From Hormiphora californensis (lineage: Eukaryota; Animalia; Ctenophora), in the NCBI GenBank assembly GCA_020137815.1, contig CM035356.1, positions 3,472,001 to 3,536,000 of the forward strand: 64,000 nucleotides of DNA, given 5' to 3'. Of this stretch, positions 24,920-38,365 are shown in pieces (position 1 is the stretch's first letter; the number at the start of each line of letters is the position of its first letter). The notes under the pieces are model-generated. The model made no database searches. It had not been told where the DNA came from and saw only the letters and a list, made by a program, of their open reading frames with translations. A program made the translations under genes and the position numbers.

Positions 24920-27231
24920 ATGGCTGAGAATGGAACCCTCAATGACACCTACGCGGCTGATTGGCAGACAACGTCCTCCAAAGCTATTTACGTGTCAATC
25001 CTAGCTGTTATCTGTATTGTTTCCGTTGTGGGTAAGTGATAACCTCCCAGTTTCTACTTTTCAATTTATTACTTAACGGCTAATTTGAATTAATTATACA
25101 TCACCAATTTATTAATGTTTGATGCCCATTAATGGCCAATAAAACTTGCAATCAATCCCTATTCATGAATAAATCCCCTTCAGGTAACGCAATGGTTCTG
25201 ACCATAGCAGCAAAGTTCTCCAAAATGAGAACATCGAACAATATTTTCATTTTCAACCTCGCCTTCTGTGATTTGCTTGTTGGAGTATGGAGTATCCCAG
25301 TCATGATTTTTACCATGATTTACAAACGGTAACTAAAAAATTACTCCATGTGGCGTGTAAATAAACATAAACCAATTCGTATAGATTGACTCTTGATTAC
25401 CCATTCTTTAAAACTTTTCAGCTGGGTGTTTGGAGATTATGTTTGTAAATTTGGAGCGTTTTTAGACAACCTCGTGATGATCCAATCGATATGGACACTG
25501 GCATCACTTTCTGTGTTCAGGCTGCTGAGTGTCCTTGATCCTCTCAGATTGAAACAGGTAATGCACTAATTGCTACCAGTAAATAATACGTATTGATATG
25601 TATCGATATAAATATTATGTCAATCAATCTTTATTCTATTATGTAGAGAGGAATGCGAAGCAGGGTTATGTTGGTTTTGGGGTTGCTATGGTTACTGGAA
25701 TGCTGTTTTGTTGGAGCACCTCTTTACGGGTGGGATAGCTACAGCTTCTCCAAGATGAGCTATAATTGTGGATCAAACATTGGAACCTTCTTCCTCGTCT
25801 TCATAGTCCTTGTACGTGTATAGTCCTTAGATAAATATCTATTTGCTGATCTTGTCAACACTTGTTTTATGATTATTTTACGGAATTTCACTTGATTTCA
25901 ACAGGGATCGTTCTTTGATAACTGTTATTTTCAGGTATTATTCCTACCCATACTGATAGTGGTAGTGTCATACATTGTTATCCTTTACGTGGCCCTCACG
26001 AACCTCCACTGGTCCGTCATGTAATATGGCTGCAGCCTCACCTAGAGGGATCGAGCAGGGTTAAAAGATGGAGGTTCAGCAATCAACATAGTTATAGCCG
26101 GGAACACAGGTAAATACTTAATATGACGTTAGGTTTGTTTTTGCCTAGTTCGACCCCCTTTTTCGCGAAAATGGGTTTGAACAAACAAATCTTTTTCCAC
26201 TCAAATAATTATCCGAAATAACTACAATATCTTTTAGTCACGTGTCCAAAGATTCTGTTCCTGGAATGTTAGCTCGTCATAGCGGGGTGATGGCAGCCTC
26301 AATTGGGATCCCCACTGATCATGCCAATGGAAGTAAGTTGGTTGGTTGGTGATTCTTACTAATAAGTTGTTCACACATAATACAGAAGATCGAAGTTCTT
26401 TAGCTCACCGGGAGTTCGGTTGTTCCTCGGTTGTTTTCCACATTTCCGTATTTCAATGTATTTTGCTTCAGGTATGCTTAGCAAGACAAAGTCGAAAGTT
26501 TCATTGAGACTCAACTACTTTCACTCTCGCTCTGCCAAGTCGTCTATCAGGGTAAACATTTAGATTTGTTTTACAAGATAATAAGGCACGTAATTTTTGC
26601 TTCATTTTATTTCATTTATTTTACATTTTACAAATGTAAAGGAGGGTTAGAACATAACAAGGTATTATATATATTTTTTATGATTATTATTCATTCCAAT
26701 TTATAGGTTTTGATAATCGTTGGGGTATTTCTAATATGTGTTGGTCCCCTTCTCATCATTGCTTTCATATTCTATGTGAATGCAGACCTTCTACACCATG
26801 TCACCGAATCTGCTGGATTTGCTGTCTACGTTGTGGCACTTTCTCACTCCGCTATAAACCCCTGTGTCTATGGACTCTTTGATAAGCGGTTTAGGTATGT
26901 TCAGTTTAGATCAGGCTATTGGTTCCTTGCCAGAGCAATTTTCAGATAGTGACGAGGGAAAACTATCTCTTACAAATTAGAGATTTCTTTCTTATACTAA
27001 TTACAAAATGAGATATTATTCAAACGTTTCTCTCTCATCTCACACCCATCTTCTTGACAGGGAGGCGTACCGATCCCTATTTAAACGCCAGAAAAGCCCG
27101 CTCAACTGCAGTAGTCACTATATCCGATCTCATTATGCTTCGGACATTATCCGAATGCCTGAGAACACCGCGGCAGCAGGAGCAGGAGCAGTAACTGGGG
27201 GAGGAGCACAATTGTCCACCCCCACTCGGTA
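24920..27231 (+). CDS. Rhodopsin-class GPCR 1. Exons approx. 24920-25031, 25184-25328, 25422-25557, 25647-25811, 25935-~26020/26109, 26472-26551, 26707-26894, 27061-27231
   Basis: N-glycosylated N-terminus, TM1 GN, TM2 NLAFCDLLVG..P, ECL1 WVFG..VCK, TM3 SIWTLASLSVFR, TM6 FLICVGP, TM7 HSAINPCVYGLFDKRFR. The ICL3 junction is uncertain. Confidence 0.9.
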
Positions 27232-27715
27232 ACGTGGGACGTGAGAAACAATAATAGCACCAGTGTAGCTGCTAGCAACTAATTATTAACTCATAACTGT
27301 TTATATGATATTTGTATACCCGCCCTTTTAACTAGTTCCATGGATAAGAGATACCTGGATAAGACTATTATACTAGAATCTAAGAGACTTGGACAATGCC
27401 GCTTCATAGCAGATATATATCTCGGTGTTATTTCATTAATGAAATTAGAAGATTTGCTTCCGAGATTACAGCTCTGTGCATTTGTGTGTTCGTATGCCGT
27501 CTTGGTAGTTTTGTAATTTGAAAAGATAGGTGGAGCGAAGATAAAATAAATGAGAAATCTGAGGCTTGGAGAGATTAAGACGAAGAAAATGTTTAGTGCA
27601 GCTGCGAATTGAGAAAGAAGAAAATAGGTATAAGTACGAAAGGTGAAGATGTGTGAGTAAGAAGTGCAATTTATTTTCCTATAATGAGATAACACGTGTG
27701 TTCGAGACTGGAGAA

Positions 27716-27921
<206 letters not shown>

Positions 27922-29071
27922 TACTAAGGATCCCCGTCGATGGCAATGAGCTGGCTGATCACAAGCATTTTGTATTATGAGGTTCTTATCTAACTATTTT
28001 CAATTAAATTAAATTGAACGCGTTTATTTTTGCACAGGAAAAACTTCCCACAATATTTTGATTTTTTGGTTACTTCAGGAGGGATCCATAGGTCGGTCGA
28101 CGGTCGTATAGACCTATTCGTGTGAATTGAGTGTCCGGTTGCAAGTTGCTTCCATAAGTATAAGCCAGGAGGAAAGAATCGATGCAGACGGGTTAATTGT
28201 CTCTCGTCGCATATATCTCATTTGGTGACTGGAGTAAAATGATTCAAAATTAAATATGCAACTTTTCTACGCTTCGGAACATTATCCGTGAAATTAGAAA
28301 TGGTCATTATTATCTTCAGAAAATTGTGCGCTCTTCCTCGCCGTTGTGATAAATAATTCAGCTTGGTCGGATAATTTCATGTGTTTCCGACTCATCTCAA
28401 CTGAACGCAAATTGGATGAGTTATATCAATCATCATCTAACATGTTTCAATTTTACGATTATCATCTCTCTTTGGTATTGGATTCACAAATCAAAACATC
28501 TCCTTAGCCCCATGTTCTTCAATCTCTGTCTGAACGTTAGTTGTATAAATCCTCCAACCCAAATTAATCAATCTACCTATACGGCTGCAGATGTTGGTGT
28601 GTATGGATGTATTCCTTGAATAGCAAACGTTTAACTTTGCACACATTATATTTGCTTGAATAAATGATTATGAAAATGCAACCCGAAGTCCGAACACGAT
28701 CAGTTAGCCAATATCATTTTTGCTTAAATGAATTTTTTTGTGGTAACCGATTTGATTATATTTTGAGGTTGAAGATATACTGAGCAGATATGCAGTCTTC
28801 TTAGATTTGAAAGTAAGGCCGACTAACTTTACGAGTTCGGTAATGAAAATATCACCCCATATTGGTAATTGGTTGTAGAGTTTTCTCGAAGGGGCTCTAT
28901 TTCTTTACACTATGCAGCAGCTTGTAACCCATTAGGTCGTTAGTGGTTACGGATTGAATGTTACACAGTACGTGGGTATTCCTTTCAACGTGTGAGAGTA
29001 CACATATATCTGCTATAAGTCAGTTCATCTTCTGCTTTGTTTCAGTGTTTGTGTATCTTTTCATCCATTAA

Positions 29072-30461
29072 GGGTACGCTAACCAAAAATTTTTTTCGAG
29101 TGCAGGGAAATCTCTCACCGTAGGGTTGTAGGCCATACCAAGGAGACCTCAAATATGCAATTTTAGCCCTTAAGTCGAATTCATATTTTTGCTACAGCTG
29201 TTTAAAAAATGTCCTGAAAATACGTTTTTGGCATCTCAAAAATTTTTTTTCAAAGATAGGAGCATGAAAATTTGGGGATTTGAAGAAGACATGAAGGTGA
29301 ATAACCACAAAAAATTTTTTTGCAATCCGAGCTGATTTCCGGTCCTGAGATGGATTTCTTTTTTTCCACTTTAACGCCCTATTTGGCAAAGTTCCGAAAA
29401 CATGTGAAAGCTGTAAATTGGTGAAAAGTTGCGTCTAACGATTATATAAGTGGCCATAAATTTTGGGCGTGTCCTTATTTGAGATAAGCTGTACGGAGTT
29501 TTTTTTGTGAAAGCCGTCATTTCAGAAATAAATAAATTCCCTGTATCTCAAAAACGGCTGATCGTAGAGACCTGAGACTATGCTTAAACGATTCAGAAGG
29601 TCCGATTTTGGGGGGGTCTTCTGAGAGACATTTTGCTCCTACTTCAACCGTTTTTGCTGTAATTGCGAAAAACAATTACCCATCTTCGCCATCGTGGATT
29701 TTTTTTGATTTTGTTTTTCATGATTATAGGGACCCATATGGACCAAATAGTGAAGGAATTAGCTTGTTAAACATTTTTCCATAGTTTCGGTCCTTTCTTA
29801 GCTAAAATTCCCTAATTACAGGATATTGGAGTTTAGCTTTTGCCCTTTTCATAGAATTTGTTTTTCGCAATTACAGCAAAAACGGTTGAAGTAGGAGCAA
29901 AATGTCTCTCAGAAGACCCCCCCAAAATCGGACCTTCTGAATCGTTTAAGCATAGTCTCAGGTCTCTACGATCAGCCGTTTTTGAGATACAGGGAATTTA
30001 TTTATTTCTGAAATGACGGCTTTTACAAAAAAAATTCTGTACAGCTTATCTCAAATAAGGACATGCCCAAAATTTATGGCCACTTAGATAATCGTTAGAC
30101 GCAACTTTTCACCAATTTACAGCTTTCACATGTTTTCGGAACTTTGCCAAATAGGGCGTTAAAGTGGAAAAAAAGAAATCCATCTCAGGACCGGAAATCA
30201 GCTCGGATTGCAAAAAAAATTTTTGTGGTTATTCACCTTCATGTCCTCTTCAAATCCCCAAATTTTCATGCTCCTATCTTTGAAAAAAAATTTTTGAGAT
30301 GCCAAAAACTTATTTTCAGTTCATTTTTCAAGCAGCTGTAGCAAAAATATGAATTCGACTTGAGAGCTCAAATTGCATATTTGAGGTCTCCTTGGCATGG
30401 CCTACAACCCTACGGTGAGAGATTTCCCTGCACTCGAAAAAAATTTTTGGTTAGCGTACCC
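29072..30461. mobile_element. 1.39-kb foldback element with ~600-bp TIRs, TTAA TSD, GG termini (Kolobok-like, non-autonomous)
   Basis: TTAA|GGGTACGCTAACC...GGTTAGCGTACCC|TTAA; mirrored ORFs 29192-29389(-) and 30144-30341(+) confirm arm symmetry. Confidence 0.9.
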
Positions 30462-30586
30462 TTAAGAGTATCAAGCTCGTATTTATACCACATTCCGTTC
30501 TTTGTCTTCGTTCATTCTTCATATTGTGTGTTTTGAACTGTGACGAATGTAATGAGCTGCTTTCTCCGCCATGTCTAATATATGAA

Positions 30587-30741
30587 CAGTCGGACCCCGA
30601 TATACCAGGCCCCGATTTACCGGAACCCCGATTTACCGTGAGGATAAACTTCCCCGAATATAGGATTTGAACAATATTTAACCCCGATTTACCGGGCAAA
30701 ACCCTTTCCCCCGAGCATCCCGGTAAATCGGGGTCCGACTG
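30587..30741. mobile_element. Tc1/pogo-type MITE (CAGTCGGACCCCG termini); other copies 35681-35852 (TA TSD), ~36421-36490 (degenerate), 63260-63535
   Basis: TIR CAGTCGGACCCCGATTTA.. / ..TAAATCGGGGTCCGACTG in four places. Confidence 0.85.
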
Positions 30742-30912
30742 TGGACTATAATTGCCGGTTAATGTGTAGTGAATGGAAGAGCGTGAAACAATATCAATTA
30801 CGATAAAGTTGGAAATGTTTTTTCCCATAAAAAAAGCACTGCAGTCCCTCCCACCTGATTTTCAATTGTTGTTTACTTTTAGGAGGCTTTGATAGTTGAT
30901 GAATTTGAGAAC

Positions 30913-31636
30913 ATGGCAAAACTTCCTGTAAGTACAATCTCTCAATGTGCAGATGGAATTATCTGGCTCCATTATCTGGCTATACTACCTCGCAGTTCTC
31001 TCGGGGATCCGTCGATCCGTAATCTGTAGCCTAACGCGTTCATTGCCTTTCAGTCAAGTTTTCCCCCTAACGGACAGACTCCATTGGTTCATGGTGCTAA
31101 AGTAGAAATCACTAGTTTGTGTTCTGGCAAGGTTATGATAATGGAACAAAATGGGGCGCTACGGGCTAATTTGTCTTCTGTTAACGGTCGCTGTTTTGTA
31201 GTGTCCCAGGTATGTATACATTTCAAGTTTCATGTGTAGTTATGCCATGTACTGAAGTTTTGTTCAAATCCGCGAAGGGTCGAACAAGACAAGTACTAAT
31301 ATAAAGTTCATTACGCCACAGTTGGGATCTGCAGTTATGTTACAATGTCCACAAACTGGCTACTTCATTGCCGCTAATGCTGGATACTTTTATGGATTTG
31401 GAGCAAATCAACAACAGGCCGCTCTCCGTGTCTACTACCACGAGGACAGTGGGGCTATTGAGTTTGAGTCGGTATCTGACCCGGGAAAGTTTCTAGCCTT
31501 TGATAGAATCGGAAACGTTATCCCCTTGACAGGAACTACAACCTCCCTTAATAGGCAGTTTACAGTTAGGGTACTGGAGGAAGGTCAGACCCAAGTTAAC
31601 TTCGAAAGGAATAACCTAAGGGTGAGTCCTGATTAG
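30913..31636 (+). CDS. Small leaderless beta-trefoil protein (FGF/IL-1/fascin-like fold). Exons 30913-30927, 31054-31209, 31322-31636 (possible further donor at ~31622)
   Basis: Phase-0 GT-AG introns give ~160 aa with three pseudo-repeats: VEITSLCSGKVMIM..G, VMLQCPQTGYFIAA..G, IEFESVSDPGKFLAFDRIG..QFTV. Confidence 0.7.
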
Positions 31637-32635
31637 TCTATGATTCATAATTCTCCTACAAAACAGGATAAGTATCAGGCAATTCAATTCGCACGTTTGA
31701 GGTGTGCCCAAAGCTGTAAAACTGATTTTAGCAATAAAGTGTCCATAGTTACCGATTCAATTCCCATTGCAACAATAAATTGGCAGCCCATGCTTGAGGC
31801 ACACCCGGTGTGTGCGCTAGTGTAAATTACAATTGCCGTTCACTGTGTAGTATTTAGAATGTAGAACAACCGTTAAACAATAACAATTACATTTACATAG
31901 TGTTTCCCCGCCCTGCGATAAAATTGCTTCCTATAATACATATGACTTTCAAAATGCTTTCAAGTCACGCTCAAATTGGTTGTTACCTAGGTCTACGCCT
32001 TATTCATTAGTCAACATACCAACACAATTAGAATAATATTTGTAGTTTTACATAATTATGACATGATCGAAAACAGTACAATTGCAATTTTCTCTTGATT
32101 TTTGATTGTTTTAAGTGACCGCCAATGAGTGATGACTATGAAGAATTAGATGAGTAATTGAATAGTAGGTAACATACTGGTGTGCAAGGCGCTTTGTCAA
32201 AACTTTTTTAAGAAAAGCTTACGGGCTGTTTCATCAACCATTGTTATATGCTTTATTTTAGTTGTGTGTAACAGTATGAAGTTTCTCTCTCTCTCGCTCT
32301 CTCTATTCCTCGCCCTCAAACTCTCTCTTAGTCTATTTCTCTCTCTTTCTCCTTCTCGCATTGAGGGGACTTCCTTCTATGTCTTTGTCCGGACAAAGAC
32401 ATGTCCTATCTACTACTAGCTTACGCTTCGGTTACTTTGTTCCTCTATTTCTATTTGTAGCGTGTTAGCTAAAAATTATTTTCACTCGGAATTCTATTGA
32501 CACGAAACTTGCATATTTTTATCAAGTCTAGGAATCAGGTCATAATTGCCGATAGCCATTCCCCATTCGTCTACTTTACTCTAAAGTAGGACCACAAAAA
32601 AACACAAGCTTGTTCGATGAGAGTGGACAGGACAG

Positions 32636-33772
32636 GGGCGCTTCGACGAAACTTTAAGCACACTTAAAAACGTTGCGTAACTCTCCTTTCACACCTTCTA
32701 ATTGATTTTCACACCCCTTAAGCATGGTTTGTGTCGACGAAACTTTTTAGAAATCTCGCTTAGTGAAAATTGAGGGGTAGTAAGTGAAATTTTACACAAG
32801 CTCTCCAAACCTTGCGTAACCCCCTAATCACGTGGTAAAATCACGTGATTTGGGCCAAATTGAAGCGACAATGACGTCATAGTTCACGCAATATCTCACT
32901 CAAATATCGAGAAAAGTGAGGTTTGTTAAGTCTCCTCCAGAGGAGACTTAATGGTAGACAAGACAGCGCTGGCAAGTAAAAGATGCTACAAAACAGTGTA
33001 TATTTTGCTTCTCGCATGTAGAAAAAAGATAAAATGGCACTCCTTGTCCCCCAATTAGCTATCTCTACTCAACCACAATATTGAGGCACTAGTTTGGGGT
33101 TTCAGCCAAGCCCATACTGCATACACCATCTATATTAGACTCTCACAGTCAGATAAGATGTGGATGAATTCAGTTGTTTTCCTTCTGGCAGGACAAGATG
33201 AACAGTGAACTACTATTATATTTTCACTGTTTATCTCTTCATCTAGCAGCCTATCTATTCATCTCACCCGGCCTAAATAATATTGCAAGTTATTAGTGTA
33301 TAGGTTTATTGATTTTTCATAATGAACAATCAATGTAAGATCTCTATTTGTCCGCTATAACATTCATTGCCAGCTACTGTAAGAATACACAGAGTTTTGA
33401 AGATTTGAAATTTCTAGAATCTTGAGAAATGGAAGTCAAACTTCTTCTTCACCCCCAATCTGGTGTGATATCTCGCTAACACTATTGGCTGGTGAACCCT
33501 ACACGTGACCAAATTGACGCCTGTGTAAACCCATGTAATGGAAATCCTATCACGTGTCCATTTTCGATCCCCTGATTGGTTTTCTACACCCATACACGAG
33601 GGGTGATCCGGGGATTCACGTGGTATACACGTGGTTCACACCAAGGACCTAAAGTGAGGTTTTGGAAAGCGTTCGACGACACCCCTCTCGAGACAAGTCT
33701 GAAAAATTTTCCTTGTGTAACTCTAAAGAGAGCTTATTTATTAAGTGTGCTTAAAGTTTCGTCGAAGAGCCC
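32636..33772. mobile_element. Non-autonomous element with GGG termini and 3-bp CAG TSD (PIF/Harbinger-like)
   Basis: CAG|GGGCGCTTCGACGAAACTTTAAGCACACTTAA ... TTAAGTGTGCTTAAAGTTTCGTCGAAGAGCCC|CAG. Confidence 0.8.
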
Positions 33773-34323
33773 CAGGTTTCCTTGGAAAATGTTCTATAAA
33801 CTTTCTCAACACAGCTAAAACATCAATATGTAGTGTATTTTGAATGATTTGATTTCCGGATAATATACAGTCGTTAATTTATTATGAATTATATGTTATG
33901 TTCGGTTTTTCGATTTACCTGAGATAGTAATTGTCAATTGCTTTATTTTCCGTGTATTTATTACTTCTTTACTAATAGCGACGATTCTTAAGTTTATATA
34001 ATATCATCCATATTATCGACGCAAATCGGTATGCAAGTATGCTGTGAAAGTTATTTTAGATTAAGAAAGCTTATCCTATACAGTAATACATATTGGCGTT
34101 TTTGAAATCATTTCCTTCATCTTATCTAAGTATCCTAGTATATAGACCATAACCTCTGTTTCAAATTGAGCAAATGAAAAATGTTCGTTTACTTTTCAAT
34201 TTAACCTACACAGGTCAATGTAAACTTTTTATTTTATTTGAATTAAATTATAAAACTTGATTTGATTTTGAATTAAATTATAAAACTTAGTAGGTTGGTG
34301 TGTGGAACGTTGATGAGGATCCT

Positions 34324-37300
34324 ATGTCAGGGAGTATCCAAGGGGAGCTGAAAAACTTCGCCGACACTACCTCTGCCCATGGAGTCAGGTGGGTGCAATG
34401 TACACTGTAACAGTGTACAATGTACATTGTACAGTGTATAAAATGTACACTGTATGTAAACTGAACATACCATGAATACTGCAGATACAATGATATCTTC
34501 CATGTTGATTTTCCTCCTGATCTATAACAGCTGTCCCCCATTTTCAGATTTATTTTCCATGGCAGTCACACTGCGGTAAAAGTGGCATTTTTTATATTCT
34601 GGGTTTCTGCTGTGGGTTTTTGCGCTTTTAGAGCATCAGTTAGCATTCAAAAGTATATCAAACAGGTTAGTGTTGATAACTTGGTAACACAGGTTATGTA
34701 AAGAAACAATCTGTAAACTTTTGTTTAATTTCAACTTTATATCGTTATATTCATCGTTTTTAATTTACAACTTTAGAGTTATTATCAACCTTCAGGAAAC
34801 CACCTCACGATATGAAATGTTTCCCGCGTCAGCTACAGCCGTGATGGATTTCCCTACAATTACGGCATGCAACCTGAACATGGTAAATGAAGTTAGTTAA
34901 TGGTTCCTGTATATTATATGAAAAGAGAAATCAGATTTGGTCCATTATATATTTTCTCTTCTGGTCCTTGTCTTGCCGCCGGTGAGGAGAATTCCAATCT
35001 AATCTATTCTAGCGATGTGATTATTCGGATTCGCTTCGTGCATTCATCCACACGTGCCATACACCCACACTAAGAGCGTTGAAATGATTCATGGAGGAGC
35101 TTAACAAGTTATCATGAGTGTTAAATTAAATTTTGAACTAAATTATGAAAAACCTTACCTTCTTGCAGCTCAGAAAATCATTTTTAAAAGAAAACAAACC
35201 ATTGGAGGCGTTTTGGAGTTTTGCCTCTATGCACGACTTTACATCTCTACGGCAATTGGACTGGGATTCTGAGGAATTGAGACCTTATCAGAATTACAGT
35301 TATTATGTACGTGATGCTATGCATGATCATAAGAGCATAGCTGGTGTATGTACTACTAAATTGAATTTACTACTGCTATGAGTAAATGTAAAGAACGATC
35401 AATGTAATACCAGGTGGACTAACATATAATATTATGATACTACATTTTGTTTATGTTTCAAAGTACTAAATAATCCCATCTTCCCTAAATCTGCCCAGGA
35501 GTTGTTGAAGGAGGCTCAGATGTACAATGATACGTTCATCTCATGCACCCAGGGAAAGATGAGGTACTGTGACAGCACTGTCATGGGATCGGAATACTAC
35601 CTCCGGGTATGTGATACAGTGATACACTAGTAGGAGGATTATTATAATTTAGCTATGCCACCACAAAATAAAATATAGTACAGTCGGACCCCGATTTAAC
35701 GGCACCCTCGGGGGAAAGGGTTTTGTCCGTTAAATCGGGGTGTCCGCTAAATTGGGGTCAAATACTGTTAATTTTCTATATCGGGGGAAGATTATCCTGC
35801 CGTTAAATCGGGGTGCTGTTAAATCGGGGGCCGTTAAATCGGGGTCCGACTGTACCACATATAGCACCACACATAGCTTCAAGGATGTCTTCATCTACAA
35901 TACTTCCCTGCAGGAGATTGAGTTTATGAGGGGAAGTTGTTTTACAATCCTTCCCTGCAGGACATTGAGTTTGTGAGTGGAAGTTGTTTTCGGATAAACC
36001 CCCACGGGACGCTCAAAGGGAAGAGCGGGGATTACGGTGTATTAACAATGATGATGCTCGCTGATAGGGACGAGTATTTCTATAACAGTAGCAATGTGGG
36101 ATGGGTCATGGCCATCCATGAGAGTGAGAGATATGGTTCAAGTATTGATAATGGAATAAAGATAAGCCCAGGATATACCTACTATGTTAACCTCGATATG
36201 ATGAACGTAAGTAAATACACATAGTATCAAAAGTGAGCGAACTCATCCTGCACAAGCTCTTGGTAACGCAGTTCCCCCTACATTGCGGGCACGCTAAAAC
36301 GTGCCTTACTATCGCAATGTCGACAGAGGGGTAACTTCGTTACCAACACAAGCTCGAGGTGTAAAAGTTTATTTTCTCCAACTTTTCTTTATCAAACATT
36401 TGCCAAAATGTCTGTTAACATACGGTCGAACTCCGATTTATCAGGATGCTAGGGGGAAGGGTTTTGCCTGGTATATCGGGGTCTGAATGTATCTATCTTT
36501 AGATCAAGAATCACGAGAGCCACTGTCGAGCACAGGGTATGTATATTTCGGGATACGGACGATATGATCAAGCGACCTGTCTTTTAGACTGCAGGGATCG
36601 GATACTTTACGAAAAATGCGGGTAAGCTCCCAATTCTACCACATAATGGGTTTTCAACCGGTATAATAATTGTATATGGGACACTAATTAATTTTTAATT
36701 ACAGTTGCTTAATGACGGTTCCACCGAACGCCAAAGAGGCAGGGTTGAACTACACATCTTGCACCCTAAAACAAGTGTCCCAGTGTGCCTTGTCAAGCTA
36801 TGTTGAATACGGTAAGGAGCTCTGTTTCATTAACAAACCATTATAGTTTAATCTTAAGCCTCATCCTACTGGTGGTGGCCGATTCGACCAATCTTTCTAA
36901 TGAAAATATATTAGGATATGTGATCCCCCAGAAGTATGATTTATCTCAAACACTCATAACTTTTTTCAGTGAAAAGATATGCAGATGTAACAGCGGACCA
37001 GACAACGCAAGACTGCGATTGTTACATTACTGCTTGCTCCTATACAATATTCACCAGTTCCGTTACTGCCACCCCCATACCTGATCTGGAGCTAAAGCAC
37101 AAGGTTGAGAGGTGGCGATATCAGGACCGGTAAGACCACCATCCGATCCTGATTTTCTTTTAAATTGCCATGTATGCATACATCATTAAATCCTTATGGA
37201 ATCATGGTTCATTACTTATCAATCAAACTAATATACACTTTTTAGGTTTGCTCGGTTCCGCAACTATACCCACGAAGATCTGGCGAAGAACTTGGCGATT

Positions 37301-37857
37301 ATTGAGGTGTACTTTGGAACCAGCTCAATCACAAGCATAGAGGAAGTCGTGGCTTACGATTTTGATAACCTTCTCGGTATAGACATTGATATATAGTTTA
37401 GCCCAAATATTAGCCTTATGGCTATGCTTCTTCTCATTTCTAGATAAACTCATGTGAGTTTTGAGATACCATGTCAATATAGCTTAAGTAGCGTCAACAA
37501 CGCGTGGTTTACTACAGTAGTGGCTAATTTTGATAGCCAGCAAGCAGACCCAAATAACTTGGCTGCTACTCGTGCGTGCTGAAGTTCATCAATAGTTCAT
37601 CACTAGTGCCATCCAAGTTCCATGCATTAATTAATCACCGCGGCCTCTAATGATCTCCCCCTCCTGCAGGAGATATTGGAGGCGTCATGGGGCTGTTCCT
37701 AGGTGCAAGTATGTTTACAGCCATGGAGTTCATTAACCTCATCATCTCCCTGGTCTTGAGACTATGGCAGAGACATTGTGCTCCGATTCATCGGCACCAT
37801 CACCAGCCATTGAAAGTTAACAACCAAATAGCGACCGTTTCTGAAGTGAACTTGTGA
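34324..37857 (+). CDS. DEG/ENaC (ASIC-like) sodium channel subunit, ~11 exons; may have an extra upstream exon
   Basis: FADTTSAHG motif, TM1, FPTITACNLN, GSCFRIN, Cys-rich thumb, EVYF..EEVVAYDFDNLLGDIGGVMGLFLGASMFTAMEF (GAS filter); canonical GT-AG junctions. Confidence 0.93.
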
Positions 37858-38282
37858 AACTTCTTTAGGATGTGCGTGTGTGAGATTACAACTTTGTTCG
37901 ACAGATATTCTGTGTGTGTGTGTTCGTTTGTGTGTTGCCTAAATCTAATTGTGTAAACGGCAGGATCCGTTCAATTAAAATTAGTTCTTACTGAGCTAAT
38001 GGGGGTATGCTTATTTGGATTTGGCAGCCCAATCAATAAACTCTGATAACTATTGGTAAATAAACAATAAATCCGACTGTTTCCATACTCGACAATTAAG
38101 TGTACTTAATAAATGAAATTTTATTGATTTTAGAGAGTTATTTAAATCCTTTTTCTTCTCTATCAAACTCAATCCCATTGAAAATATGAAATCTTCACCT
38201 ACATTTTCTCAAAGGACGATAAGAAAGCAGTTGTCATTTTTGTCTGGATAACATCATAGTAAAGGTTAATCCTTTTTTCTCC

Positions 38283-38365
<83 letters not shown>

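Noticed and set aside
26707-26894. Opsin identity for the GPCRs
   Set aside because: No Lys at 7.43 in any of the three receptors.
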